A stretch of 64,000 bases of DNA. Origin: Picochlorum sp. SENEW3. Taxonomy: Eukaryota. Below the pieces are notes generated by a model. It had not been told where the DNA came from and ran no database searches. It saw only the letters and a program-made list of their open reading frames with translations. Shown one piece after another: positions 40,356 to 51,824 of the stretch (positions within the stretch are counted from its first letter, which is position 1; each line of letters starts with the position of its first letter). The position numbers and the translations under genes are program-made. The stretch is from the NCBI GenBank assembly GCA_034226945.1, contig CP120458.1:372001-436000 (forward strand). Reading direction: 5' to 3'.

Positions 40356-40596
40356 AATCTTGAAAGGAGTTGAGGAAGCCTTCCATTCCAAATTCGATCA
40401 TGTGTTTTTTTGTTGGAATCCTCATAGAAGGAGTCTTTTCCAGGCAGCGAAACACCAGTGCAGGCATTTTGAATAAGGTTATCAAGTAAAACCTTCTCGT
40501 ATGTAATATATCGAATATGAAATTTTCACAGAAGTGATTTTATCCCTGTGTGCTGTGCAAGTCTGACCAATAGAGGGCTTTGGCGCAAGAGAATTC

Positions 40597-41708
40597 ATGG
40601 CTAGTTCTTCAGTTGTTTTGGCTACGGCTGGGTATGATCATACAATAAGGTACTTGAAATACTCATACATCACGATATTTATGCCTGACGGAATCCTGGA
40701 TCATATACAGGGCGAACTTGCACCGCGAAACCCTTCGACTCGCTCCTGAGGTCCCCCCTCGCAAACTTTACATCGAATGCCGTTTCTCATGCTAATGTAT
40801 CCACATGGTAATGCTGTAGATTTTGGGAGGCGACAACGGGCATTTGTTACAGGACATTGCAGTATCCGGATAGCCAAGTGAACACACTGCAAATTGCAGC
40901 AGACAAGAGCCTTGTTGCTGCTGCTGGAAATCCTCATGTTAGGTTATACGAGGTGAATTCTAACAATGCTCAGCCGATTGTGTCATATGACGGACATTCA
41001 GCAAGTGTTACTACAGTTGGTTTCGAGAAGAACGGAACATGGATGTACAGTTCAAGTGAAGATGGAACTGTAAAAATTTGGGATTTGCGAGCACCGGGAC
41101 CACAGAGAGAGTTTGAGCACAAGTCCGCAGTCAATCATGTGATTCTTCATCCAATAAATCAGCACGAGCTGATTTCAGGTGATCAGAATGGTAATATAAG
41201 GGTTTGGGATCTCACAGCGGGGGCTTGTTCTTGCGAGCTGGTTCCTGAGGTAGGGGTTCCGGTGAGGTCACTGACAATAGCTCCAGATGGGTCTTTACTG
41301 GTCGCTGCAAACAACTCAGGAACATGCTATGTCTGGAAAACGCTTCAAGGTATGAACACTACTACACAGTTTGAGCCTTTACACAAGTTAAAAGCTCATG
41401 GTACATACATTCTGAAATGTCTGTTGAGTCCGGATGTAAGACAATTAGCTACAGCGTCAGCGGACAAAACAATAAAGTTATGGAATTTGGATGGTTTTAC
41501 ACTTGATAGAACGCTTACTGGACATCAGAGATGGGTGTGGGACTGTGTATTCTCAGTGGATGCAGCTTACTTGGTGACGGCAAGCTCTGACTGCTCTGCT
41601 AGATTATGGGATCTATCATCGGGTGATGCTATTCGGGTATACAGTGGGCATCATAAAGCATGTGTTGCATGTGCTCTAAACGACAGTGCTCTTGACGGAT
41701 CTGTTTGA
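40597..41708 (+). CDS. LST8: TOR complex subunit LST8 (WD40), 2 exons
   Basis: [25 protein letters not shown]...[39 protein letters not shown]. Confidence 0.96.
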
Positions 41709-41889
41709 ATGCATTATTTTGATTTAAAACACACATGTACTACTACTAGCTGTTATTAAAACAGGCTACTCAAATGCAGGTCTATTGACTACATTTTAGA
41801 TGCATCCTTCTTCCCTAGAATCTCCCAAGTACTTGTAAGAACTGCGTTGCTAAGGTTGCCTTAACCTCTCAATCAGCTTATAATGTGAA

Positions 41890-44019
41890 TTACGAATCTT
41901 GGGCTTGAACGCTTGGCGCAGCTTTCCCTTTGGGTTGACTGTCCTTTTTCGGATCCCTGCTCTGCTGTCCTTTCTTGGGTCCCGGCTTTGCTGTTTTCCC
42001 TGAATGTTTGGCATGATGAGGAGCATTCTGTGACAATCCAGGAGGTGGTGCAGCTGTCGAAATCTCTCCGTGGAGCTTCTTCTTGGAGTCCTTTTTCTTT
42101 TTGTGCCTCATAGCCGGCTTCTGTCCATCCTGATGTCTGTTTTTCGAAGGAACGACTGCAGTTGAAGGTGGAGGGCCATCCTGTGGCTGTGTTATATTCT
42201 TATTCTTGCTATCCCTTCCTCTCCTCCCTCTTCCTCTACTATGGGGTCTGTGTGCCCTAGACTTGCCTGAGCCGCCTTTGATCTGATTGATTGATTGTTG
42301 AGTTTGCAAACTTGACTCAGGATCGACGCAGCCATCGATTGTGCTTGGCAACAAGATATCACCAAACTGGAGGGCATGTGAAGCATTTCTTTCTGCTGTG
42401 TTGATTGTATCCAATCCACCTAACAGGAGGCCTAAGCCACCTGTATGCATCTTTCCTGCATCAGAACCAAATGTCATCAATGGCTGCTGTGGTCCCTGGC
42501 CATCCCCATTTGGCATTGAAGAGAACAGTCCAGGAGGATGCTCTGTTTTACTGAAAGAATATGCAGAGTCAGAGTCTGTCTGTAGATTATCATTGAAGCT
42601 TGGTTCATTCTCACCAAAGGATATCGGGTGCAAAGAGAGCCCTTGCAAAGAAGGAGGGATGGCATTTCTAGTTATTTCCCCCGAATATGCTTCTTCGAAT
42701 TCTGAGGAAGATTTTGGCACATCGCTGATATCTGAAAGATCAGTTTCCTTCCTCATCAGAGAGCTTTCACTTCTATCCAGAGGGGCAGCACTGGTTGTGT
42801 GCTCCACATCATTGCTGGCAATCTTTTCCCTCGAACTGCTATGCCTTTTGAGAATTTTCGATGGTTTTATTGCTTTTGAGGGCCCTTCCACGATGGTTGA
42901 CTCTGCTGGGGTCTTGCTGACCACCTGAAAGTCTGGTTTGGTGAGTTCCTGAGCCTCTTCTTTTTCTTTTGAGACATTCTCGTCTACTTCTTTAGGTGAC
43001 TTTACTCGAGGTGGCGGCGGCGGTGGCGGCGGTGGCGGAGGAGGTGGAGGAGGTGGTGGTGGCGGTGGTGGTCGAGGCTGGGGAATTGAAGAAAGATTTT
43101 GATCAGCGCTCATATCAGCATCTGAATGGGGAGTGATACGACGAAAATCTTCCGGCCTTCTTGTATGATGACGTATATAATGAGGTTCTTTCTGATACCT
43201 AGCATCATACCTGTCCTTCTGAGGGAGAAACGAGTCTCCATTGATTCCTCCAGAAGCAAATCTTGAGTGGTCACCAGTCCCCCTGTTCTGCAAACGGCCT
43301 TCAAATCTTGAGGGCCCCTTGTAACTGTGATAGTCACCGTAATGTTCACGAAAGTTACTTTCTGATTCACTCGGGCGATATTGTGGAACTCTATAATGTT
43401 CGTCAAAGGACTCCATATCCTCTGGGTATGGTCCCTTGCTTCTGCCGTAGAATCGACCTTCGTTCATTGATTCCTCTTGATCCCTTGCGTAATCATCATC
43501 ATAGTATCCATAGTGTCCTCTGTACTCAGAACGATACGGATCTCTGTCCATTCTCCTATACTCGTTCCTCCTCACTCCACGACCATCACGACGAGGTGAT
43601 TCTCCTGGCACCCTACCCTCCCAAGTTGGCTCTCTGTAACCTTGTTGCGAAGAAGGCTCCCTTGCATCTCTCCCCTCCGGATGACGACGCTCTGGCGTTG
43701 CACCCAAGTTAGGAAATTGCTCCCGGCTAGCCAGCTCGAGATTCTTCTGTCTCTCTTCTGGCAATCCTGCGCCACCCCATGCAGGTGATGGCCGAGCTGG
43801 AATCACCCTTGGTGGCATACGGCTCCCATCATCCTGTGTCTCATGCTGAGATTCTTGATTATTCGCTTCTCCACCCCCCCACGTCGATGAGATCCCCCCA
43901 AAATACGCAGATGATTCATTTCCATTGTTTTCCTTTTTCTGACTGGGCAGGTTCACTGGCTTGGGTGCTGTCACCTTCCCCAAAGAAACCATACGCCTCT
44001 GTCTTCCACTGGCATTCAT
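41890..44019 (-). CDS. BAT2-N/MOS1 (PRRC2)-like low-complexity protein
   Basis: N-terminal GKVTAPKPVNLPSQKKEN motif typical of BAT2_N/MOS1, EQFPNLGA, an Arg/Asp/Tyr-rich region and a polyproline tract. Confidence 0.7.
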   Translation of the reverse strand: MNASGRQRRMVSLGKVTAPKPVNLPSQKKENNGNESSAYFGGISSTWGGGEANNQESQHETQDDGSRMPPRVIPARPSPAWGGAGLPEERQKNLELASREQFPNLGATPERRHPEGRDAREPSSQQGYREPTWEGRVPGESPRRDGRGVRRNEYRRMDRDPYRSEYRGHYGYYDDDYARDQEESMNEGRFYGRSKGPYPEDMESFDEHYRVPQYRPSESESNFREHYGDYHSYKGPSRFEGRLQNRGTGDHSRFASGGINGDSFLPQKDRYDARYQKEPHYIRHHTRRPEDFRRITPHSDADMSADQNLSSIPQPRPPPPPPPPPPPPPPPPPPPPPRVKSPKEVDENVSKEKEEAQELTKPDFQVVSKTPAESTIVEGPSKAIKPSKILKRHSSSREKIASNDVEHTTSAAPLDRSESSLMRKETDLSDISDVPKSSSEFEEAYSGEITRNAIPPSLQGLSLHPISFGENEPSFNDNLQTDSDSAYSFSKTEHPPGLFSSMPNGDGQGPQQPLMTFGSDAGKMHTGGLGLLLGGLDTINTAERNASHALQFGDILLPSTIDGCVDPESSLQTQQSINQIKGGSGKSRAHRPHSRGRGRRGRDSKNKNITQPQDGPPPSTAVVPSKNRHQDGQKPAMRHKKKKDSKKKLHGEISTAAPPPGLSQNAPHHAKHSGKTAKPGPKKGQQSRDPKKDSQPKGKAAPSVQAQDS
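43010..43072 (-). repeat. Coding (GGN)21 trinucleotide tract encoding 21 prolines
   Basis: Run of ggt/ggc/gga triplets on the + strand inside the MOS1-like ORF. Confidence 0.95.
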
Positions 44020-44928
44020 TTTTCTCTAACTACTAGTCGCTCCCTAGAAATAGTCGAGAGTACCTGCAAATTCGCATAGCATGGGGTCAAAAATATACCA
44101 GCAGTGGCAACCAGACCTGGACTAGTCGTGTACGACAGCCACGACTCTCAGGTTGGATGGATAGACTATACCATGCATCAATATGTACACCCCAAACCAT
44201 TACAGTGCTACTTCTAGCCATACAATCCCCAAACAACTCGCTGATACACACCATGGATCTCCCCTTCAAAATTACCATTCACCTGTCCAACCCTTTCAAC
44301 TTGAGAGGTCCTCTTTACCACAATAAATAAATATAACCTCGTTCAGTAGTATCCCCGAGTGAAATACGCACCTACTCCCCAAAGAATGCCTTGCCAAAAA
44401 ATCGCCCACGGGCCTTTCAATCTCTTTCCAAGAGCTCACTAGGTAGCCCAGGTTAGATACAAAGTCCACTTTTATCAATATATGTAGATCAATGGTGCAA
44501 ATTGAAACCAACTGCGCTCTATGGTTCTATAGAACAGTTCTGGAGGCGACACTGTGGCAAAACGAATCAGCCAAGCCTTGCGTTCTAGAACACCAATCCA
44601 AGGACAGATATTGAGAAATTTACTTCTCTTAATTCATGGAAATTGCAATAGGCATCAGCGGTGTTGATCTGTAATCATGATGATGAGGACCACGGCGTGG
44701 CATCCAATTGGGCTGCAGGCAGCCCTCTCGGAGAGGGCTCAGATCAAGTCATATTGAAATCCTTCAAAAGGGCATTGAAGCATCTCATGAGATGAAGAAG
44801 AGTGCTGTCAGAATCTTGAATAGTCTGTTCTGAATACAAATATTGCACTATTTGTGAGAGAACTACAAGCAACAGGCAGACTGTCGCACTCGGTGTATAT
44901 TTATGATACGAGACTGCGGCTTTACTGG

Positions 44929-45600
44929 ATGAAGGATACAGACGATTCGGCTATACTTCATTTGGAAGTGGGTGATAGCCTTGGTAGTAGCAATACAAAG
45001 GGTAGAGGTAACCGGAGGAAGTTTCCAGTGGTGGACTCTGACCAAGTTCGGACTCTTGTGGACAAGACTCCACTCTCCGGAGAAGCGAATGAATCCGAGT
45101 TGGTGTTTCGAACTCCCTGTACGGTATCTGGATTGGGTGCAGGGTGTAGCAGTGGAATTCTAGGGTTTGTGTTTGGATTTGGTGGGTACTGGCTCAAAGA
45201 GAGACGCAGAGGGGTATTGAAGCAGGCTCTCAAAGGTGGATTGAGTTCTGCGAAAACATTTGCTGTACTAGGAGGTTTGTATACAGGAGTGACGTGTTTT
45301 ATGACGAGACTGAGGAAGAAGAATGATGCCTTGAATTCTGGAGCTGCTGGATGCTCTACTGGGTTGGTACTTGGATGGAGCAGCGGAGGGCATGTTGCTG
45401 CAATTCAGAATTGTATCATGTTTGGACTGTTCTCATATTTTTTGGACAATGTTTCTGATGGGGATGCAGTTGCCTCTGAAATTGGTGCAAGGCATTGTGC
45501 AGGGAGACGGAAGCTGTTGCCCAGAGATCAATCAATGTCAGCTAAAGAATGGTTACAGCCCTGCCTGTCAATCTCTTATTTCAATTCATTTTCACCATAA
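44929..45600 (+). CDS. Tim17/Tim22/Tim23 (PRAT) family translocase subunit
   Basis: Gly-rich TMs, SAKTFAVLGGLYTGVTCFMTRLRKKNDALNSGAAGCSTGLVLG. Confidence 0.85.
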   Translation: MKDTDDSAILHLEVGDSLGSSNTKGRGNRRKFPVVDSDQVRTLVDKTPLSGEANESELVFRTPCTVSGLGAGCSSGILGFVFGFGGYWLKERRRGVLKQALKGGLSSAKTFAVLGGLYTGVTCFMTRLRKKNDALNSGAAGCSTGLVLGWSSGGHVAAIQNCIMFGLFSYFLDNVSDGDAVASEIGARHCAGRRKLLPRDQSMSAKEWLQPCLSISYFNSFSP

Positions 45601-45608
45601 TTGGATAC

Positions 45609-46858
45609 TCATGTCATATTTCTCGGAATCATGAATGCATCAACTATATCTTCTGTAACAGATGCTCGTGCATGCTGATGTCTTGTGACAATGTCTATGA
45701 GGAGGCTAGAGAGAATGGACTTGATTTCTACGGTTAACATCTCGCCAGATGAATATCGTTTTCCAATATCTGATAGTTCGGCATCATCTTCCATGAAAAA
45801 GTTGAGCCATTTCCAAGAAACATCAGTATCTAAATTTGCACCCTTCTCCCTGTGCTCTTCAACTGTGACACCTCCCCCACTAAAGACATATTTGTTTACT
45901 TTGTTCTTTATGGTTTTGGGATCATCTGATACATAAATAGCCGATGATTCGTCTGAGGCACTCATCTTGCCATTCTCTCCTTGCATTGCAGGGAAAAACC
46001 TTGCCTCTATCAAGGCTGGTTTCAAAAATCCAAGACGTGGGGCAACATCTCTAGTCATTCTAAAATATGGATCCTGGTCAATAGCACATGGTATCAGACA
46101 ACGAATATCCTTTCGTGTGCCGAACATATGAGGAAATGACGTTGGGAATGATGGTGCTGCTTGCACAGCTGGAAATGAAATCTTCCCAATGTAGTCATCT
46201 GTTGAGAATCCAAATATCCCTCGTATTTGATTCATCGTAACACATCTTTGTAAAGATACTACATTTCTGTAGAACTCGCCTCCCATATACTCGAAATCTG
46301 AGAAGATGAATGTCTTTGAAACATCAAATCCACATGCAATAATGTCTTTAATATTCTCTCTTGCTAATTTCCTTGCCTGCTCGATGGTCAGATTTTTCCA
46401 TAAATACTTTTCATCGTCCGTCACTTGGATTACTAGTGGTACGTTAAATGCATCCTGAAGCCATTTCGTGAACATGAAAGGGATCAAGTGTCCCAAGTGC
46501 AGGGCTTCAGAGGATGGACCCTGGAGAGCAAAAAAGTCACGTGTTCCTTTAGATATCCAACCGAAAGCTCGTTTCAAACAAGTTCAAAACTCACCCTGCC
46601 CGTGTAGAGGTAGAAAGGCTCTCCTTTCTCGTATGCGTCCAGCAATTCCTCCAAGTCCCTATGCGCAAAGAAGACTCTTCGCTTCAAAAATGGATGGCTT
46701 GGCACGCCAGTTACCTTTTCAATCCTTTCAATCAGTTTCTGATGAATGGTTTGACATCCAAACTGTTCGACAAGCTTATTGTAATCAATTCTTCCGTCTG
46801 CGCCTCCACTCACGTCCCAAGGAGTCACCACTTGTTCTGTGCTCTTCTGATCCTCCAT
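45609..46858 (-). CDS. WARS: Cytosolic tryptophanyl-tRNA synthetase, 2 exons
   Basis: [40 protein letters not shown]. Confidence 0.96.
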
Positions 46859-47202
46859 GGCTCGTGCTTTCGCCCAGAAAGAAATCTGCGTACTCAAAGA
46901 TTTTATGTATTTGCATCTGTGTCTTCGGATAGCGCTGCCTTTGTTCGAATTCCTTACGCATGGACTGCCACCTCTGTAGTACGGATGGGTTTTCATCCAG
47001 TGTGCTGACTAGATGAAAATGCGCCTCTTCAACGCTCTTGCCACCATCTGGGAAGGTGTACATGACTTCAAATCATGAAGTAGGTATGTCAAGAACAGTG
47101 CGTCATCGCGGGTTCCGCCAGACATCATCGTATCGAACTCTGTGACACACCTGCTAGAGTGCTCCCTTTTGCAATCCTAGGAGATGTGATATCCTCACGC
47201 AC

Positions 47203-47232
47203 CTAGTCCTCTGTAGTCTTACAGAGGACTAG
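47203..47232. repeat. Perfect 13-bp inverted repeat with 4-nt loop
   Basis: CTAGTCCTCTGTA-GTCT-TACAGAGGACTAG, in the divergent intergenic region between TrpRS and the OSBP-like gene. Confidence 0.9.
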
Positions 47233-47773
47233 AAGACGAAAAATGTCCAATGATGTATGCAATTCCTTTCCATGATTCAGGAATAAGGACTTCAGCAGAC
47301 TTGATACCCTTTCCAAAAGTCATCAGGGAGAGTTGTTCTGATATAAGCATTTTCCTCAATGACTGGCGATTCTCCGTCTGTTGTCCGTGCAATCCATGAA
47401 TCGATGGCTATCATTTATGGTGTTTCAATTTTGGAGTGTCGGTGATTCATGTTGTTGTCGTCCAACAAAGAAATCACCTGATATCAGATCAAGCACCTGA
47501 TTTGCAGGTGCTCATATGAGGGGCGCTCATGAGCGTTGACCATCGGTCCTTAGGGTCAGTATTCCCTAAGAGCCCGACTGCAACCGGATCAAAAGAGATA
47601 TCGAATTACTTGATAGTCTTTTAAGGAGTCCCGTGTCCGTGTAAAACCAGATAAGATACTGCCGTGCCACGGAATCGTGAAACAGATTCCATCCCAAAAG
47701 TCAACAAAGCGACGCATTTCACTCTTCGAATACATTTCAGACATATCGGTGCATATAATAGGCCATAAATAAT

Positions 47774-49119
47774 ATGAGTTCTCGCATTTCTGAAGCGAGA
47801 AAGGTTGTGTACAGGAATGATCATCATGCGCTGCTCAGCAAGCTGTTGCTGAAGGCGGAGAAGTCCCCAGACTCCTTGGAACGGATGCTCGCGGTGACTA
47901 GACTGGTACTCACATTTATATCTCAAATAGTCAAGCCTGGGAAAAGATCTCAGGATATCCCTACTGTGGTGCTGGGAGAGCATTATTTATCACACAGGGA
48001 AATGGGTGAAGAGTTGCACAGGGGGGATCATACGAGGTCGTATCTTCAGGAATTGTGTGCCTATGATCCGGTAGAGGCACCTATCAGACCACGTACATAC
48101 TACGATGAAGGTCATTCAGAAGTAGCGACGTGCACCGTGCGTGTGATACCGCGAGCATGCGCCAAGCTCAGGCGGGAAGGCATACTTTTGGGAGGGACTG
48201 GTCAATCATACATTGAGATTGCAATGGAAGGTCAGGGAAAGATTCGTTATCCACGCCACGACGAAGAGTACGAGTTTGAATTGCCTTCTGTTATTTTAAA
48301 TGATCCGTTAGCCGGAACGTGTACCATTGATTTGGATGGTGTTGTGGAGATTGATTGTCAGGCGACAGGCTTGCGCACTGAGCTGAAATTCAAGCCGTGG
48401 AGAGGCGAATACGTCAAAGGTGAAGTGAAGAGTCTTTTAGGAAGTGGTATGCAGACTGTGGCACATATTGAAGGGCATTGGGATGCAGATGTATCTGTTC
48501 ACAGCGTCACTGGTGATGCCACTGGAGTTGTCTTTTCGACATCAGAAGACCCACCACAACTGCAGATTCCCCCCATGATCAACCTGGCAGATCCGGGGCC
48601 TCAAACAATAAGGAGATTATGGGTGTCTATCCTTGAAAGTATTTTATATTGTGAGCAACAGAATATGACTGGCAGTTCAGCCAAAAAATTGAATGAAGTT
48701 GTGACAAGCATCTCATCATTGCTCAGAAAATCCCTCATGTATGAGGTTCCCGAGAATCCTCAAGGGTGCGCTTGATCTGTTGAATGTTGTTCTCATATCT
48801 GTACTTTAACGAGATCACTAATGATTTTATATCATCTGTAGGCGGTCTGCTGTGCCAGTCTCAGGGAAGCGCGATGAGCCTGGATCACACCTTGCAACAA
48901 CTCTTGACAATAGGCCAATACCACCCGTCTGCAAGATCCAACGAGGGATGGGAAGGTTTCTTACATATCAGCTTTTTTATTCTGTCCAAACTATATCATT
49001 TCAGGCTTTGGAGCACGAAAAGTCAATTTTGCCGACCAATTCGAGAGTCCCACAACAATCCTCATAACCTTTCATTCACAGCAATGCATGCTTCATGGCA
49101 GAAGTGCTCCTTCGTTTGA
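47774..49119 (+). CDS. Divergent oxysterol-binding-protein-like (ORD fold) protein; 3' exons uncertain
   Basis: ERMLAVTR...VLGEHY, EEYEFELPSV, IDCQATGLRTELKFKP and HIEGHWD follow the OSBP-domain motif order. Confidence 0.55.
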
Positions 49120-49651
49120 AAAAGCAGCTGAATTCATCAGAGACATAAGAAATCTTACTGGAATGAGAAAGTTTTGCGAGCATAAGATCAGAAAACAAGT
49201 TGACTTTGGTCATTGACATGAACACACACAAGAAGAGTTCAGGTATTCCTTTCAGGGAAATGTTTCATACCGTGTAACAAGGACAATAATCTACGTAGAT
49301 AATGAATCTTCGTTCCAACAACCAGCGAGAGTCTACAGGCCTGCCACACATACATATAGTCTATCAATCTGCATTGTATACAGATCGATCCACAGATTCT
49401 GTTTCAACAGAACGTTAGCGTTCTGAGAACAATCCAACAAGATCACGTCATGCATGCATGGCGCTCAATGAAACTGGACAGAATTTGCGGATCAAAATGG
49501 AACAGAATGCCTTGTTGGACTCCACTATAAATTCACATAAATCTAGTTAATACTCAGATGTAGGATTCACGGGATATTATTGCTCAAGGTGGTTGCAGAG
49601 AAGTATACCTGCTCCCGTCAGTTCTGATCGGGAGACAGTTTGGAGAGCAGG

Positions 49652-51708
49652 ATGCCCTTACATTGCCGAACACGCTACTGGAAACAATTCATAAAAACTC
49701 TCAAGTCTGTCTTGGGTCGCCAGAAAGGTACAGTCGCATTTGTTGAAAAAAAGAAAGTGCTACAACATGTCACTATTATAAACCTTGCTTTGTAGACACA
49801 TATATCGACCTCTCTTTTCTAATTCTGGCTCTTGTGACGTATGGAGTACTATTTTTTGGGCTTGGCAAAGTATTTCTCCCATCCAATGAAGGTTGGGCGG
49901 CCTTACTCCTCTGGGCAGGGGCAATGCTTGGTGGATACATTGCAAACGTTTGTTTCCTGCCACGGATTGTTGGGATGCTTGTTGCAGGAATGGTGTTAAT
50001 CAATATTCCATGGAGTGCTATAGATTCATTTCCTTACAAATGGGGTGTGCAATTTCGTGCCGCTGCGTTGGCCACAATATTTCTTCGTTGTGGTCTGGAA
50101 CTAAGCTTTCCTGCTTTGAAGAAATTCAAGTACCCATCTGGTAAGCTGGCCATCATTCCAGGGCTTTTAGAGGCTGTTTTTGATGCTGGTTTAGGTGTCG
50201 CGTTTTTTGGAATGCCTTTTATCCTCTCTCTCACGATGGGGTTCATATTGAAAGCAGTTGGTCCTGGACTGATTGTACCACAAATGTTTCGGTTGCAACA
50301 GCAGGGGCTGGGCACCGACCAAGACATTCCTATCGTTATAGTGATCGCTGCTTCTTTTGATGATATTGTGGCGATAACTGGCTATGCCATTTTCAGTACG
50401 ATAGCCATTCAGCCAGATGAGAGTTCGTCAGAGTCTGTGAACTCTGCCTGGTCCATTGCATCTGGCCCAGTCCAGGTTATTCTTGGAGTGATATCGGGGA
50501 TTTTAGGTGGCTATGTCTTATCTATTACTCGTATATGGAACACACAGCTCAAGCGTTTCCTCATTTTATTTTTCACTGGATTGTTTTTGATGTTCTTCTT
50601 TGAGTATTGGGAGTTGCTCTCTGGTGGGGCACTTGGAGCACTCTTCACGAGCCTGGTAGGATCAAATTTTTGGGAGAATGGCTCTCCAAAATGGTTTTCT
50701 CATGGGCCCAGTTTTGTGTATGGTCCAGAGTGTGAGAGATGGATGAGTCTGATATGGAGATGGGTCATGGAACCAATGCTGTTTTCTACAGTGGGCGCAC
50801 TTTTGAACTTTAATCAGATTGCGGGAGGAACAGTGCCCAAAGCTATTGCTATTGTGTGTCTAGGTGTTGTCGTGAGAATGCTGATTACATTCATGACCAT
50901 GTGTGGTTCTGGTTTCTCAATCAAAGAAAAACTATTTTTTGCCTTTGCTTGGACCCCCAAAGCAACAGTGCAAGCTGCGCTATCAGCAGCGCCGCTAACA
51001 TTGATACAGAAATATAAAGAGGGAGCGGAGGATTATGATACCTGGGTGCAGTGGGGAAACGATATACTCACGACAGGGCTTTTTGCAATCCTCATATGTG
51101 GGACCTTGGGCACTCTTGTTGCCCATGTCAGCTCAAAAGTTTTGCTTCAACAAGGCACAAAGTCTAGACTTTCGATCGAGGAACACAGCAAGGTGTCCAA
51201 AAGAAAAAGTGATGAGTCTCAGAGGATAGAAGAGGTAGATACTGCGGACGGTATCCACAGAATACCAATTCCACAAGGTAGCTCCAAGCCACTCCAAAGA
51301 ACCAGGTCAGCAGATGAGATTGATGCAAGCGTACCTTCAAGCAGCCTTTCTCGCTTGATACCTGGAAGAGATCTAGCAATGATTGAAGAATATGTGGATG
51401 CAATAGAACAGCTTACATGTGCGACACATGCCAAAGAGCACGATGTTCCAAGGGAGGAACTTTTGAGATTGTCGGGGCATGTTCTCTCCATTCAAAAGGT
51501 GTGTTTCCTTGCAGTCACATGGTTTCAATATTGTACCGCAGTCTGATGACTTGTCGTGTTGTGCATACAGAGAATCGAACAAGAGATTGGAGATCGTGAG
51601 CCATCTGTGAGGGAGCTCTTTAGATCGGCAATTCGTCGACGGAGTATGCAGCCTCAGAAGAGTGTCACCCAACCCGCTCCATCAACCAATGCCACCGACC
51701 ATGGATGA
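49652..51708 (+). CDS. Na+/H+ antiporter, NHA/SLC9B-like (CPA2), 3 exons
   Basis: About 12 TMs, LRCGLEL, AVGPGLIVPQM, AASFDDIVAI (DD motif), AWTPKATVQAAL. Confidence 0.88.
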
Positions 51709-51824
51709 CTCAGGCGAGAGAGATGGACCCCGAGACTAGCATCTTCCACGCGTAGAGCCAATGCTTAAGTTGTATAACAATTCTTGTAAAGAAACTATCT
51801 TATTGCTAACATTGTGCAAGCAAA

